A stretch of DNA of 32,000 bases from Geobacter metallireducens GS-15 (GCF_000012925.1 NC_007517.1:930001-962000), one strand, 5' to 3'. Numbered from the stretch's first letter, positions 1 to 9,901 are shown. Notes: generated by a model not told the origin, from the letters alone. A program made the numbers and translations.

Positions 1-1
1 G

Positions 2-313
2 GATGAGGACCGGACCCAGCGCTTTTTCACCGAAGCCGAGGCCGGAGCGGCCCTGGAGCGGACCGGCTTCGGGGTGAGGCGCCTCTGCGTCGAGGATGAG
101 GTGGAGTGGCACCCGGACGTGCCGGCTTTCCTCCGCTCCGTGAAGCGGGTCGGTGCCGGCAACGCCTCGCCGCTCCGGGGCCGGGGCCTCGCGGAGCGGC
201 GGGTCATGGTGGAGATGATGCGGGTCTACGGGGAACGGTACGGCGGGGAGCGGGGGATTCCGGCCACCTACACGGTGATTTACGGGGTGGGAGTGAAGAG
301 TGGGCGCAAGTAG
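2..313 (+). CDS. 3' end of a class I SAM-dependent methyltransferase (BioC-like C-terminus), 5'-truncated by the window edge
   Basis: The frame of ORF 74..313 stays open back to position 2 and ends at TAG 311-313. The tail (AFLRSVKRVGAGNA...IPATYTVIYGVG) resembles the C-terminus of malonyl-ACP O-methyltransferase-type enzymes, from memory only. Confidence 0.4.
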   Translation, partial: DEDRTQRFFTEAEAGAALERTGFGVRRLCVEDEVEWHPDVPAFLRSVKRVGAGNASPLRGRGLAERRVMVEMMRVYGERYGGERGIPATYTVIYGVGVKSGRK

Positions 314-370
314 CGAGGTAGCGAGATGGTTTTGCTGCTTGCTATCTCGCTATCTCACCATCTCGCTTCG

Positions 371-1558
371 TTACACGCACTGCAGCACGAAACACTTGAG
401 GTACTCGGTCTCCGGCACGGCCAGGAGCGCGGGGTGATCCGGGGCCTGGGAGCGGGTCTCCACGATCCGCACCTGACGCCCCGCCTGGCGGGCCGCCTGG
501 GCCAGGAGATCCCTGAACAACTCCCGCCCCATGTGGTAGGAACAGGAGCAGGTGATCAGGTACCCTCCAGCGTCGAGGAGTTCCAACCCACGCCGATTGA
601 TGGTGAGATATCCCTTCTCCGCCTCCTTCAACGCCTTCTTGTTCTTCACGAAGGCAGGGGGATCGAGGACCACCACGTCGAAGCGCCGCCCCTCGTGCCT
701 CAGGCTCCGGAGCCGGTCAAAGGCGTCGCAGACCTCCACGCTCACCACTCCTTCAAGCCCGTTCAGGGCCGCGTTCTCCCGGGCAAGGGCCGCGGCCCGC
801 TCCGAGATGTCGAGGCAGGTCACTTCCGCGGCACCAAAGGCCGCGGCATGGACTCCCCAACTCCCCGAGTAGGAGAAACAGTCCAGAACCCTCTTTCCTG
901 CAGCCATTCCCTTCAGTACGAGATGGTTTTCCTTCTGGTCCAGAAAGTGGCCAGTCTTCTGGCCTCCGGCCAGGTCGACCCGGAAGCGCAGACCGTGCTC
1001 CTCCGCCTCCACCGTCTCCGGGATCTCTCTATACAAAATTTCCACGGTTTCCGCCAGCCCCTCCAGTGACCGCACGGCCACGTCGTTGCGGGCGATGATC
1101 CCCTTGGGGGCGAAAAGTTCCACGAGGGCCTCCACGATGGCTCCCCGGCGTGCCTCTATCCCCGCGGTCAGTATCTGGACCGAAAGCCGGTCGCCGTACT
1201 TGTCGACGACGAGACCGGGGAGAAAGTCCCCTTCGCCGTGGACGACCCGGAAGGTGGCCATGTCCGGGTAGAGGCTGCGACGCAGTTTCAACGCCTGGTT
1301 GATTCGCTCCTTGAAAAACGCCGGCGAGTCGATCTCCTCCCGCTCCCGGGAGAGGAGCCGCACCGCGATGAGGGAGTGGGGGTTGTAGTAGCCGGTGCCG
1401 AGAAACCCGCCCCCCACATCGTAGACCTCGGCGGTGGCGCCGGGGATCCGTTCCCCCTTTGCCTCCCGGATCTCGTTACTGAAGACCCAGGGGTGGCCTC
1501 CCTTGATTCGGCGGTCTTCGCCACGGTTGAGGGTCACGCGGATAGTGGTCGTTTCCAT
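371..1558 (-). CDS. rlmI: RlmI-family 23S rRNA (cytosine-C5) methyltransferase (PUA-like N-terminus plus class I SAM methyltransferase)
   Basis: The 399-aa ORF is collinear with E. coli RlmI/YccW as recalled: GGHPWVFSNEI, GQKTGHFLDQ, VLDCFSYSG, FDVVVLDPPAF, LITCSCS, APDHP. I prefer the ATG at 1558 (METTTIRV) because GGAG lies 6 nt upstream. The TTG at 1570 and ATG at 1564 are alternatives. Confidence 0.8.
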   Translation of the reverse strand: METTTIRVTLNRGEDRRIKGGHPWVFSNEIREAKGERIPGATAEVYDVGGGFLGTGYYNPHSLIAVRLLSREREEIDSPAFFKERINQALKLRRSLYPDMATFRVVHGEGDFLPGLVVDKYGDRLSVQILTAGIEARRGAIVEALVELFAPKGIIARNDVAVRSLEGLAETVEILYREIPETVEAEEHGLRFRVDLAGGQKTGHFLDQKENHLVLKGMAAGKRVLDCFSYSGSWGVHAAAFGAAEVTCLDISERAAALARENAALNGLEGVVSVEVCDAFDRLRSLRHEGRRFDVVVLDPPAFVKNKKALKEAEKGYLTINRRGLELLDAGGYLITCSCSYHMGRELFRDLLAQAARQAGRQVRIVETRSQAPDHPALLAVPETEYLKCFVLQCV

Positions 1559-1568
1559 GGTCATCTCC

Positions 1569-1597
1569 AAAAAAAATCCCCTCGCCGGGAGGGGATT
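1569..1597 (-). terminator. Rho-independent terminator after the ArsR-family gene
   Basis: On the minus strand, a 9-bp stem (AATCCCCTC / GAGGGGATT) with a 5-nt loop is followed by a run of 8 T (plus-strand A-run 1569-1576). It lies 29 nt after the ArsR stop. The rlmI RBS begins directly after the T-run. Confidence 0.6.
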
Positions 1598-1625
1598 CGT
1601 GTGGTGTCGGTATGCAGGCTGCCGT

Positions 1626-1901
1626 TCAGCCGAGAACCTCGATGAGTTTCTTGGCCAGGGGATGTACCACCGAGTAGTGGACTTCCACCCCGTCCCGCTT
1701 CCCCTCGATGATTCCCTTGTTCTTCAGAAGGGCCAGATGCTGGGAGACGGTGGCCTGGGGAAGTCCGAGGCACTCCCAGATATGCTTCACGTTGCACTCC
1801 CGCGTACAGAGCCCTGCAACGATCTTGAGCCGGATCGGGTGGCCGAGCACCTTGAAGATTTCCGCTTCCTCGGAGAAATTCCTGCTGATGTCGAAGTCCA
1901 T
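1626..1901 (-). CDS. ArsR/SmtB-family winged-helix transcriptional regulator
   Basis: The translation has FKVLGHPIRLKIVAGL...QATVSQHLALLKNKGIIEGKRDG.EVHYSV, the typical ArsR helix-turn-helix plus wing. The ATG at 1901 (MDFDISRN) has GGACGGA upstream. The ORF extends to a TTG at 1949 as an alternative start. Confidence 0.8.
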   Translation of the reverse strand: MDFDISRNFSEEAEIFKVLGHPIRLKIVAGLCTRECNVKHIWECLGLPQATVSQHLALLKNKGIIEGKRDGVEVHYSVVHPLAKKLIEVLG

Positions 1902-1976
1902 GGATTCCGTCCTGTGGCCGGGGGAGAACCCTTGCCATGCAGAGTGCAACTCCCCTCACGTTTGAGGAGAAATCTA

Positions 1977-2011
1977 AATATATTTATATTGTTCCCGACC
2001 TGTGTTGTCAA
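1977..2011 (-). promoter_or_regulatory. sigma70-type promoter for the ArsR-family gene, with a palindromic operator over the -10
   Basis: The minus strand reads TTGACA (2011-2006), a 17-nt spacer, then TATAAA (1988-1983). A perfect 6-2-6 inverted repeat AATATA-TT-TATATT (1977-1990) covers the -10 box. Confidence 0.5.
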
Positions 2012-2025
2012 GGAAAAGGTACTGA

Positions 2026-3003
2026 TCAGCAAAACAGTTTATGACTGAAATGGCAGGCTGCCAGATGGCCTGCGCGCTTCTCTTCGAGGGGAGGGGAGGA
2101 GGTGGCGCAGACCGGTTCCGCATAGGGGCAGCGGGGGTGGAAGGGACATCCCGTCGGCGGGTTGAGGGGGGTGGGGGGGTCCCCCTTGAGGATGATCCGT
2201 TTCTTCCCCTCGGAAGGGGTGATCCGGGGAACCGCCGACAGGAGCGCCTCGGTGTAAGGGTGCTGGAAGCGGGCAAAGATTGCGTCCCGGGGGCCGGTCT
2301 CGACAATCCTTCCCAGATACATGACCGCGACCCGATCGCTCAGGTGTCGGACTACGGAGAGATCATGGGCGATGAAGAGGTAGGAGAGCCCCAGGGTTCG
2401 CTTCAGTTCGTCCAGCAGGTTGATGATCTGGGCCTGGATGGAGAGGTCGAGGGCCGACACCGGCTCATCGGCGACAATCAACCTTGGAGAGACCGCCAGT
2501 GCCCGGGCAATGCCGATCCGTTGCCGCTGCCCACCGGAAAACTCGTGGGGGTAGCGGTTGATCTGCTCCGCCGTGAGTCCTACCATTTCCATGAGCTCCA
2601 TGACCCGCTCCCGGCGCCTCTCCTTCGGGACGAGGCCGTGGATGGCCAGGGGCTCCCCGATGATGTCCCCGACCCGCATCCGTGGGTTGAGAGACGAGAA
2701 GGGGTCCTGGAAGATCATCTGCACGTCCTTGCGGAAGGCGGCCCGTTCATCGGCCGTTGCCCCGGCCATATCCGCGCCCCGGAACCGGATTGCGCCGCCG
2801 TCGGCCTCAAGAAGACCCATGAGGAGCTTGCCCACGGTGGACTTGCCGCAGCCGGATTCGCCGGCAAGCCCCAGGGTTTCCCCCTCTCCTATCCGGAGCG
2901 ACACGCCGTCAACGGCCCGCAGCACCTTGCTGGGTGTGAAGGGGCTCGGTCTTACGATAAAGGTCTTGGAGATGTTTTCCAGTGCGATGAGAGGTGTCGT
3001 CAT
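2026..3003 (-). CDS. Opp/Dpp-type ABC transporter ATP-binding protein (OppF/DppF-like)
   Basis: Walker [10 protein letters not shown], signature FSGGQRQR and Walker B LIVADEP are present. The C-terminal oligopeptide-type extension carries CPFHPRCPYAEPVC. The ATG at 3003 overlaps the upstream stop as ATGA. The ORF extends to 3018. Confidence 0.85.
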   Translation of the reverse strand: MTTPLIALENISKTFIVRPSPFTPSKVLRAVDGVSLRIGEGETLGLAGESGCGKSTVGKLLMGLLEADGGAIRFRGADMAGATADERAAFRKDVQMIFQDPFSSLNPRMRVGDIIGEPLAIHGLVPKERRRERVMELMEMVGLTAEQINRYPHEFSGGQRQRIGIARALAVSPRLIVADEPVSALDLSIQAQIINLLDELKRTLGLSYLFIAHDLSVVRHLSDRVAVMYLGRIVETGPRDAIFARFQHPYTEALLSAVPRITPSEGKKRIILKGDPPTPLNPPTGCPFHPRCPYAEPVCATSSPPLEEKRAGHLAACHFSHKLFC

Positions 3004-3962
3004 CGGTATTTCCAGCACCGGACCCGGTGTCCCGGCGTGATTTCCCTGAGCTGAGGTGTTTCACGGTCGCATTCCCACTGTTTCTGCGGGCAGCGGGAGC
3101 AGAAACCGCAACCGGGGAGATCCCCGAAGAGGCTCGGCACGTGGCCCGGTATCGTCGTGAGGGGGCGGCCCGGTTCGCTCCGCTGGGGGAGCGAGGCGAG
3201 GAGCCCTTCGGTGTAGGGGTGGAGGGGGGTGGTGAGAAGCGTGCCCGTCGGGCCTTCTTCCACGATTTGTCCCGCATACATGACAAGGGTCCGGTTGGCC
3301 CGCTCGGCCACCACCCCCAGGTCGTGGGTGATGAGGAGAAGCGCCATCCGGTGCTCTTCCCTGAGCCGGTCCATGAGCTCCAGAATCTGGGCCTGGATGG
3401 TTACGTCGAGGGCGGTGGTCGGTTCGTCGGCAATGAGGAGCCGGGGTTTGCAGGCAAGGGCCATGGCGATCATGACCCTCTGGCGCATCCCTCCCGAAAG
3501 CTGGTGGGGGTAGTCCCGGAGCCTTTCGGCTGGGGAGGGGATCCCCACCTGTGCCAGGAGTCGCTCCGCTTCCTCCAGCGCCTCCCGCCGGGAGACTCCC
3601 CGGTGGATGATCAACCCCTCGGCTATCTGCCGGCCGATGGGAAATACCGGGTTCAGGGAGGTCATGGGCTCCTGGAAGATCATGGCGATCCGGTTTCCGC
3701 GGATGTCCTGCATTTCTTCGTCGCTGAGGCGGAGGAGGTCGCGTCCTTCAAAAACGATTTCGCCTGCCGTGATCACGCCGGGGGGGAGGATTAGGCGCAG
3801 AAGCGACAGGGCGGTCACGCTCTTGCCGCATCCGGATTCCCCCACGACGGCCACGGTCTCGCCTTCGGCCACGGTGAAGTCGACGCCGTTCACGGCATGA
3901 ACGTCCCCCACTGAGAGGCGGAAGCGGGTGGTGAGCCCTTTGACGGTGAGAAGGTCCGGCAC
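3000..3962 (-). CDS. Opp/Dpp-type ABC transporter ATP-binding protein (OppD/DppD-like)
   Basis: Walker [10 protein letters not shown], signature LSGGMRQR and Walker [13 protein letters not shown] are present. The C-terminal extension carries [14 protein letters not shown]. The start is a GTG at 3962. Confidence 0.85.
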   Translation of the reverse strand: MPDLLTVKGLTTRFRLSVGDVHAVNGVDFTVAEGETVAVVGESGCGKSVTALSLLRLILPPGVITAGEIVFEGRDLLRLSDEEMQDIRGNRIAMIFQEPMTSLNPVFPIGRQIAEGLIIHRGVSRREALEEAERLLAQVGIPSPAERLRDYPHQLSGGMRQRVMIAMALACKPRLLIADEPTTALDVTIQAQILELMDRLREEHRMALLLITHDLGVVAERANRTLVMYAGQIVEEGPTGTLLTTPLHPYTEGLLASLPQRSEPGRPLTTIPGHVPSLFGDLPGCGFCSRCPQKQWECDRETPQLREITPGHRVRCWKYR

Positions 3963-4019
3963 GATGGGGTTCCTGAGAGGATAGTTGTGCTGTCGGAGTG
4001 GCGTGGTGGTCAGGGAGAC

Positions 4020-4048
4020 CTTATACCACGATCACGGGAAGGGGGCAA
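4020..4048 (-). promoter_or_regulatory. Candidate sigma70 promoter for the ABC ATPase pair
   Basis: The minus strand reads TTGCCC (4048-4043), a 17-nt spacer, then TATAAG (4025-4020). This is about 50 nt upstream of the GTG at 3962. Confidence 0.3.
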
Positions 4049-4080
4049 ATCGTAATGCGATGACGGATTAGGGGAAGGGG

Positions 4081-6213
4081 TCAACCGATGCGGATGCCGT
4101 AGTCGCTGAGGGGGACCACTTTGCGCCGTTCCCGCATCGGGGTCTCTTCCATGTCGGATTTATCGCAGGAGAAGCCGAAGGTGCCGCTCTCGATGAGTTC
4201 GATAAAGTGAGGCACCAGTTCCGGGTCGAACTGGGCTCCGGCATGGTCGATCAGTTCCTTTGCCGCCGCTTCAACGGGAAGCGCTTTGCGGTAGGGGCGG
4301 TCTGATGTCATGGCGTCAAAGGCGTCGGCGATGGCGAGGATGCGCGACTCCAGAAGGAGTTCGCCGGCAGGGATGCGGTTCGGGTAGCCCCGGCCGTCGT
4401 ACCGCTCGTGGTGTTGGCCGATGCAGATGCGGACGTCCTGGAGGAAGTCGATGGGCTCCAGAATCCTCATGCCGATGACTGGATGCTGCTGGAGGTCGTG
4501 AATTTCCTCGGGAGAGAGCTTTCCTTCTTTGTGGAGAAGGTTCAGGTCGATGCCGATCTTTCCGATGTCATGGAGGATGGCGGCCCGCTCGATAATTTTG
4601 AGCCGTTCGGGGGGGAGCGTCAGTTTGCGGGCTAGCTCCAAAGAGTAGCGGGTCACCCGCTCTGAATGGCCACGGGTGTAGCTGTCGCTGGCCTCGATGG
4701 CGGAGACCAGTGCCTGGATCGTATGGAGATAGGTGGCCTGCTGCTCGTCGTAGAGCTGGGCGTTCTTGATGGCGATGCTCGCCTGGGCGGCGATGGTGAC
4801 GAGAAGCTCCAGTTCTTCCGCGTTGTAGGTGGAACTGTCCCGCTTGTTGACGGCGGTGATGGTGCCGATGATCTCGTCCTTGATCATAAGCGGCGCGCAG
4901 ATGAGGTTTTTGCGCTCATAGCCCAGGGCGCTGAAGCGGTCGAACTGGGGAAACTCGTTGATGTCGGGAATGAGGAGCGGAGTTCGGTTTTCAACGACCC
5001 AGGTCGAGACGCTCGACGGCTTCATCTGCAGGATGGTAGAGGCTTCCGGCGTCACTTCGTGCCCCAGGAGCGTGGTGACTAGCAGGTTCCGTCCCTGCTG
5101 GTTGTAGAGAATGATATAACCGATCTCAGCATTGAGTGTCTCAACGGCAGTGCGGACGATGAGGTCGAAGATCTTTTTACTCTCCATGGTGGAGTTGACG
5201 GCAAGGCCAACCTTGTACAGGGTCGAGAGGCGGGCCACGGCCCGCTCCAGGTTGACGTTCTTGTCTTCGAGTTCGCTGGCGAGGTCGGCGATGCGGTAGT
5301 TGGCCTCCTCGATCTCCTCGATCCGCTCCTCCATGCCGACGTTGAGGTTTTCGATCTCCCGGAGCTGATCCTCCAGCTTCTGGTTCATGAGGTGCATCTC
5401 GTGGTGATGGGCAAGTTTTGACTGGGCCCGTGCCAGTTCCCGTTCGTGGCCGATGGTGGTGTCTACGAAGTAGCGGAGTTTGCTCACCATCATGTTGAAG
5501 TTGTCGGAGAGGGCTTTCATCTCGGTGCTGCTGGCAATATCGGTCTTGACGTCGAAATCGCCCCGCTCTATCCCTTGCATGGACGAGATAATGGCCTTGA
5601 GCGGACGGTTCACGTAGGCGTGGAGGAAAATGAAAATGGTGGCGAGGATGAGGACGACCATGGTGAGCATCGAGACCGACATGAAGAACTTGTCCTGGTC
5701 CAGATACGACTCAAGGTACCTTATGGAGAGCTCAACCTCAAGGGCGCCGAGGAGCGTGGTGCCGGCATCGTGGCAGGCGTGGCACGCCGGTTTGTTATAT
5801 ATGGGGGCAATGCTCTTGAAAATCTTGTCGCTGTCTTCGTTGCCGACATTAACGAGAGCGATTCGTTTTCCCTCCTTGTACATCGCAAGGTCGGCGGGAC
5901 CGACCTGAAGGCCGATTTCCGGCTTGATGGCGGAGTTGAGGATACGTCCCGCTTCGTCAAAAATCCGCAGGTTCTCGATCTTGTCCTTTTCCTTTAGCCG
6001 GCCGAGGATGCGTTGCACCTCGTCGGTCCGGCCACTCATCATCACGTTCTCAATGGTGCTTTGAAGCGTCGTGGTAAGAAGGACGGCGTTTTGGGCGGAT
6101 ATCTGCGTTATTAGCCGTTTCTGGTGCTGGTATTCCAGGATGCTGACTACGGAGACGAGTAAGCACACAATAAGGGTTATCGTCCCGAGTATTTTGACTT
6201 TCAGTGAATTCAT
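4081..6213 (-). CDS. Membrane sensor protein: TM, periplasmic CXXCH domain, TM, HAMP, coiled coil, GAF, HD-GYP (c-di-GMP phosphodiesterase family)
   Basis: Two hydrophobic helices (aa 8-27 and 177-199) flank a region of about 150 aa containing C144-H-A-C-H148. HAMP-like and heptad regions follow, then a GAF-like block (ICAPLMIKDEIIGTITAVNK). The HD-GYP signatures HDIGKIGI and HHERYDGRGYP are both present. Confidence 0.85.
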   Translation of the reverse strand: MNSLKVKILGTITLIVCLLVSVVSILEYQHQKRLITQISAQNAVLLTTTLQSTIENVMMSGRTDEVQRILGRLKEKDKIENLRIFDEAGRILNSAIKPEIGLQVGPADLAMYKEGKRIALVNVGNEDSDKIFKSIAPIYNKPACHACHDAGTTLLGALEVELSIRYLESYLDQDKFFMSVSMLTMVVLILATIFIFLHAYVNRPLKAIISSMQGIERGDFDVKTDIASSTEMKALSDNFNMMVSKLRYFVDTTIGHERELARAQSKLAHHHEMHLMNQKLEDQLREIENLNVGMEERIEEIEEANYRIADLASELEDKNVNLERAVARLSTLYKVGLAVNSTMESKKIFDLIVRTAVETLNAEIGYIILYNQQGRNLLVTTLLGHEVTPEASTILQMKPSSVSTWVVENRTPLLIPDINEFPQFDRFSALGYERKNLICAPLMIKDEIIGTITAVNKRDSSTYNAEELELLVTIAAQASIAIKNAQLYDEQQATYLHTIQALVSAIEASDSYTRGHSERVTRYSLELARKLTLPPERLKIIERAAILHDIGKIGIDLNLLHKEGKLSPEEIHDLQQHPVIGMRILEPIDFLQDVRICIGQHHERYDGRGYPNRIPAGELLLESRILAIADAFDAMTSDRPYRKALPVEAAAKELIDHAGAQFDPELVPHFIELIESGTFGFSCDKSDMEETPMRERRKVVPLSDYGIRIG

Positions 6214-6411
6214 AGCGTCAATATACCGACTGCCCCTGGCAACGCCGGTGTTTATCGTGGCCGTTTTGGGTCTGAAATATGGCTATATGGCGGTTAGTTT
6301 GTGCTAATCCTGTGTGTTGTGCTTGTCGCGAAGGCGTATTTCGGTTGCCGTCCGCGGGATGGGGATGTCAGTCCAAACCGGCATGAACAGTGGTTTTCGC
6401 CCCCTAAATGC

Positions 6412-6440
6412 TTGACATTGAACTGGCCTGCACCTATGAT
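6412..6440 (+). promoter_or_regulatory. Near-consensus sigma70 promoter
   Basis: TTGACA (6412-6417), a 17-nt spacer, then TATGAT (6435-6440), inside the A+T-richer 354-nt divergent intergenic region. Confidence 0.5.
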
Positions 6441-6520
6441 GACCATCCGTTGCAGTATCTGGTTAATGTCCCTGTTCTTCGTACTGCATAAGCAATTTGG
6501 TTGCCAAGTATACTATGCTC

Positions 6521-6551
6521 GAAGGGGGCTTTTACCCTTCCTTTCTTTTTT
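6521..6551 (+). terminator. Intrinsic-terminator-like hairpin upstream of the SpoIID-domain gene
   Basis: GAAGGG (6521-6526) pairs with CCCTTC (6535-6540) around an 8-nt loop, followed by CTTTCTTTTTT (6541-6551). A T-tract follows the hairpin only on the plus strand. Confidence 0.45.
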
Positions 6552-6567
6552 GTGTCGTTGAAAGTCA

Positions 6568-7722
6568 GTGTCGGAAGGTCTCTCTGTCACCGTGAGGTTT
6601 CTGTTTGCCATAGCGGCTCTGCTCCTGCTCCTTGCTGGGGATGGTTCCGCAGCGACCCTCCCCCGGCAGGAGGCCGTTCGGGTTGCCATTATCAAGGGAG
6701 TCGACAGCGTAAGGATCGACGGTGACGGCGTGCTTGCCACCGATGGGAGGGGCGAACCGCTACGTCTGACTCTCCCCGCGCAGGTCAGGCGTGTCGGAGG
6801 CTCTCTCTCCGTGGGGGGGCAGACGGTTGCCCGACTCACGGTTACTTCTCCCCTGGTCATACAGGTTAACGGCAAGCGTTACCGCGGCACCATAGAGGTT
6901 TCTCCCGCCGACAGAGGGATCCTCGTGGTGAATGACCTCCCGCTTGAGGATTATCTGGTTGGTCTCATCAATTGCGAAATCTCATCCCAGTGGCCCATCG
7001 AGGCGGTGAAGGCCCAGGCGGTGGTGGCACGCACCTATGCCTCATACCAGAAGCGGGCACGTGCTAACGCCCCGTACCACCTGGAGTCATCGGTGCTTGA
7101 CCAGGTCTATGACGGGTGCGAGATCGAGGATAGCCGTGCTGCGCGGGGGGTACGGGAAACTGCCGGGGAGATTCTCACCTACGGAGGCCAACCGATCCAG
7201 GCATTCTACCATTCCAACTGTGGCGGCCGAACCGAAGTCGCCGAGAACGTCTGGGGGGTCCGGCTACCCTATCTCAAGAGTGTAGATTGCGCTTACTGTT
7301 CCACGAACCCCTCTATCCGTTGGGAGTACGCCATCTCGTTGAAGAAGCTCGAGTCGCTTCTCAGAGGATCGGGAACCCATGTTTCAGGCCTTCGGGATGT
7401 CAGGGAAGGGAAGCGAAACGAGAGTGGCAGGCTCATTGACCTTGCTCTTGTTTCAGGCGGGGGGACAACGACCGTGACGGCGGTGAACTTCCGCAAGATC
7501 GTCGGCTATACCGCCATCAAGAGCACCAATTTTACGGTTAGAGTCACCAGCGACTTGGTTCGCTTTACCGGTACCGGTTACGGGCATGGAGTCGGCCTCT
7601 GTCAGTGGGGCGCGAAACAACGGGCATCCGATGGTTTCACCTACCGGGAGATTCTTGCCTATTACTATCCCGGTGCGCTCCTGAGCAAGCTCCCGGTGGG
7701 GCAGGGTGTCGATGCGCGTTGA
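6568..7722 (+). CDS. SpoIID/LytB-domain protein (secreted)
   Basis: The N-terminus looks like a signal peptide ([20 protein letters not shown]). Family motifs [24 protein letters not shown] and [11 protein letters not shown] are present. The start is ambiguous: GTG at 6568 or GTG at 6592. Confidence 0.8.
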   Translation: MSEGLSVTVRFLFAIAALLLLLAGDGSAATLPRQEAVRVAIIKGVDSVRIDGDGVLATDGRGEPLRLTLPAQVRRVGGSLSVGGQTVARLTVTSPLVIQVNGKRYRGTIEVSPADRGILVVNDLPLEDYLVGLINCEISSQWPIEAVKAQAVVARTYASYQKRARANAPYHLESSVLDQVYDGCEIEDSRAARGVRETAGEILTYGGQPIQAFYHSNCGGRTEVAENVWGVRLPYLKSVDCAYCSTNPSIRWEYAISLKKLESLLRGSGTHVSGLRDVREGKRNESGRLIDLALVSGGGTTTVTAVNFRKIVGYTAIKSTNFTVRVTSDLVRFTGTGYGHGVGLCQWGAKQRASDGFTYREILAYYYPGALLSKLPVGQGVDAR

Positions 7723-8743
7723 CGATTTCGACTATGAACTGCCTCCGGAGTTGATAGCCCAGGAACCCTTGGACCGACGTGACGCCACCCGACTCATGAC
7801 CGTCGACCGGTTGAAGGGAGAGGTCGGCGAGGTCTCTTTCCGCGAAATAACCCGGCTTTTCCGGCCGGGAGACCTCCTGGTGGTGAACGACACCCGTGTC
7901 ATTCCGGCGCGTTTTTTCGGCGTCAAGGAGAGTGGTGGCCGTGTGGAGGTTTTCCTGGAAAGGAGGCTTGCCGCCGTGGGAGAACGGTGGCAGTGTCTGC
8001 TCCGTTCCTCCAAGCCGTCGCGACCCGGTACCCGGATAGTGCTCGCGGAAGGTGTGTCCGCGGAGGTCATCGGGCGCAGTGACGGGGATACGTGGTGTGT
8101 TTCGTTTACCCCCGTGACAGGGTTCGATGAATGGCTGGAACGCAACGGCGCAATGCCTCTGCCTCCTTACATAAGGAGGAGCGCGGCTGACGCAGACCGG
8201 GAGCGGTATCAGACGGTTTTTTCCCGCCAGCGTGGCGCGGTCGCCGCACCGACGGCAGGCCTCCATTTTACTCCCGAACTGCTGGATGAGCTACGGGAGC
8301 GAGGCGTAGAGATTGCCACCCTTACCCTCCATGTGGGGCTCGGTACGTTTATGCCAATCAGGGTTGAACGGGTGGAAGAGCACCGGATGCACCGTGAGCG
8401 GTATATCATCCCCTCTGCGACCGCCGACGCGGTGAATGCCCGGAAGGGGGGCAAAGGGAGGGTAATCGCTCTGGGAACCACCACGTGCCGCACCCTGGAG
8501 CATGCCGCCCGTGACGATGGCCGCGTGGCAGCCGGCGCGGGAGAAACAGGCATCTTTATCTATCCGGGCTACCACTTCAAAACGGTGGATGCCCTCATTA
8601 CCAATTTTCACCTCCCCAAATCGACCCTGCTCATGCTCGTTTCGGCCTTTGCCGGGAAGGAGCTTCTCTTCAGGGCATACCATGAGGCGGTGACTCGGCG
8701 TTTCCGGTTTTTCAGCTACGGCGACGCGATGTTTGTACATTAG
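7712..8743 (+). CDS. queA: S-adenosylmethionine:tRNA ribosyltransferase-isomerase
   Basis: [19 protein letters not shown]..., TAGLHFT and [16 protein letters not shown] are typical QueA. The ATG at 7712 overlaps the previous gene's stop by 11 nt. The ORF extends to a GTG at 7706. Confidence 0.93.
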   Translation: MRVDDFDYELPPELIAQEPLDRRDATRLMTVDRLKGEVGEVSFREITRLFRPGDLLVVNDTRVIPARFFGVKESGGRVEVFLERRLAAVGERWQCLLRSSKPSRPGTRIVLAEGVSAEVIGRSDGDTWCVSFTPVTGFDEWLERNGAMPLPPYIRRSAADADRERYQTVFSRQRGAVAAPTAGLHFTPELLDELRERGVEIATLTLHVGLGTFMPIRVERVEEHRMHRERYIIPSATADAVNARKGGKGRVIALGTTTCRTLEHAARDDGRVAAGAGETGIFIYPGYHFKTVDALITNFHLPKSTLLMLVSAFAGKELLFRAYHEAVTRRFRFFSYGDAMFVH

Positions 8744-8776
8744 GCCGCTTGCCGTTGCCGGCTGACCGCGAGATAA

Positions 8777-9901
<1,125 letters not shown>

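Noticed and set aside
6301-6561. The 86-aa ORF, with the overlapping 6071-6307 and 6501-6725 ORFs, in the divergent intergenic region.
   Set aside because: There is no RBS. The sequence is A+T-rich and promoter-like, the peptide is hydrophobic and Cys-rich with no family resemblance, and the ORF runs through the predicted promoter and terminator.
6214-6567. A preQ1 or other known riboswitch upstream of queA/tgt, and a GEMM (c-di-GMP/cGAMP) riboswitch near the HD-GYP or ATPase genes.
   Set aside because: I could not find the preQ1-I core (a short hairpin followed by an A-rich tail ending in CTA) or the GEMM-I conserved GGCAAACC / ACGCAAAGC blocks, either in this spacer or in 16156-16271 and 17757-17901. 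Only an Infernal scan could settle this.
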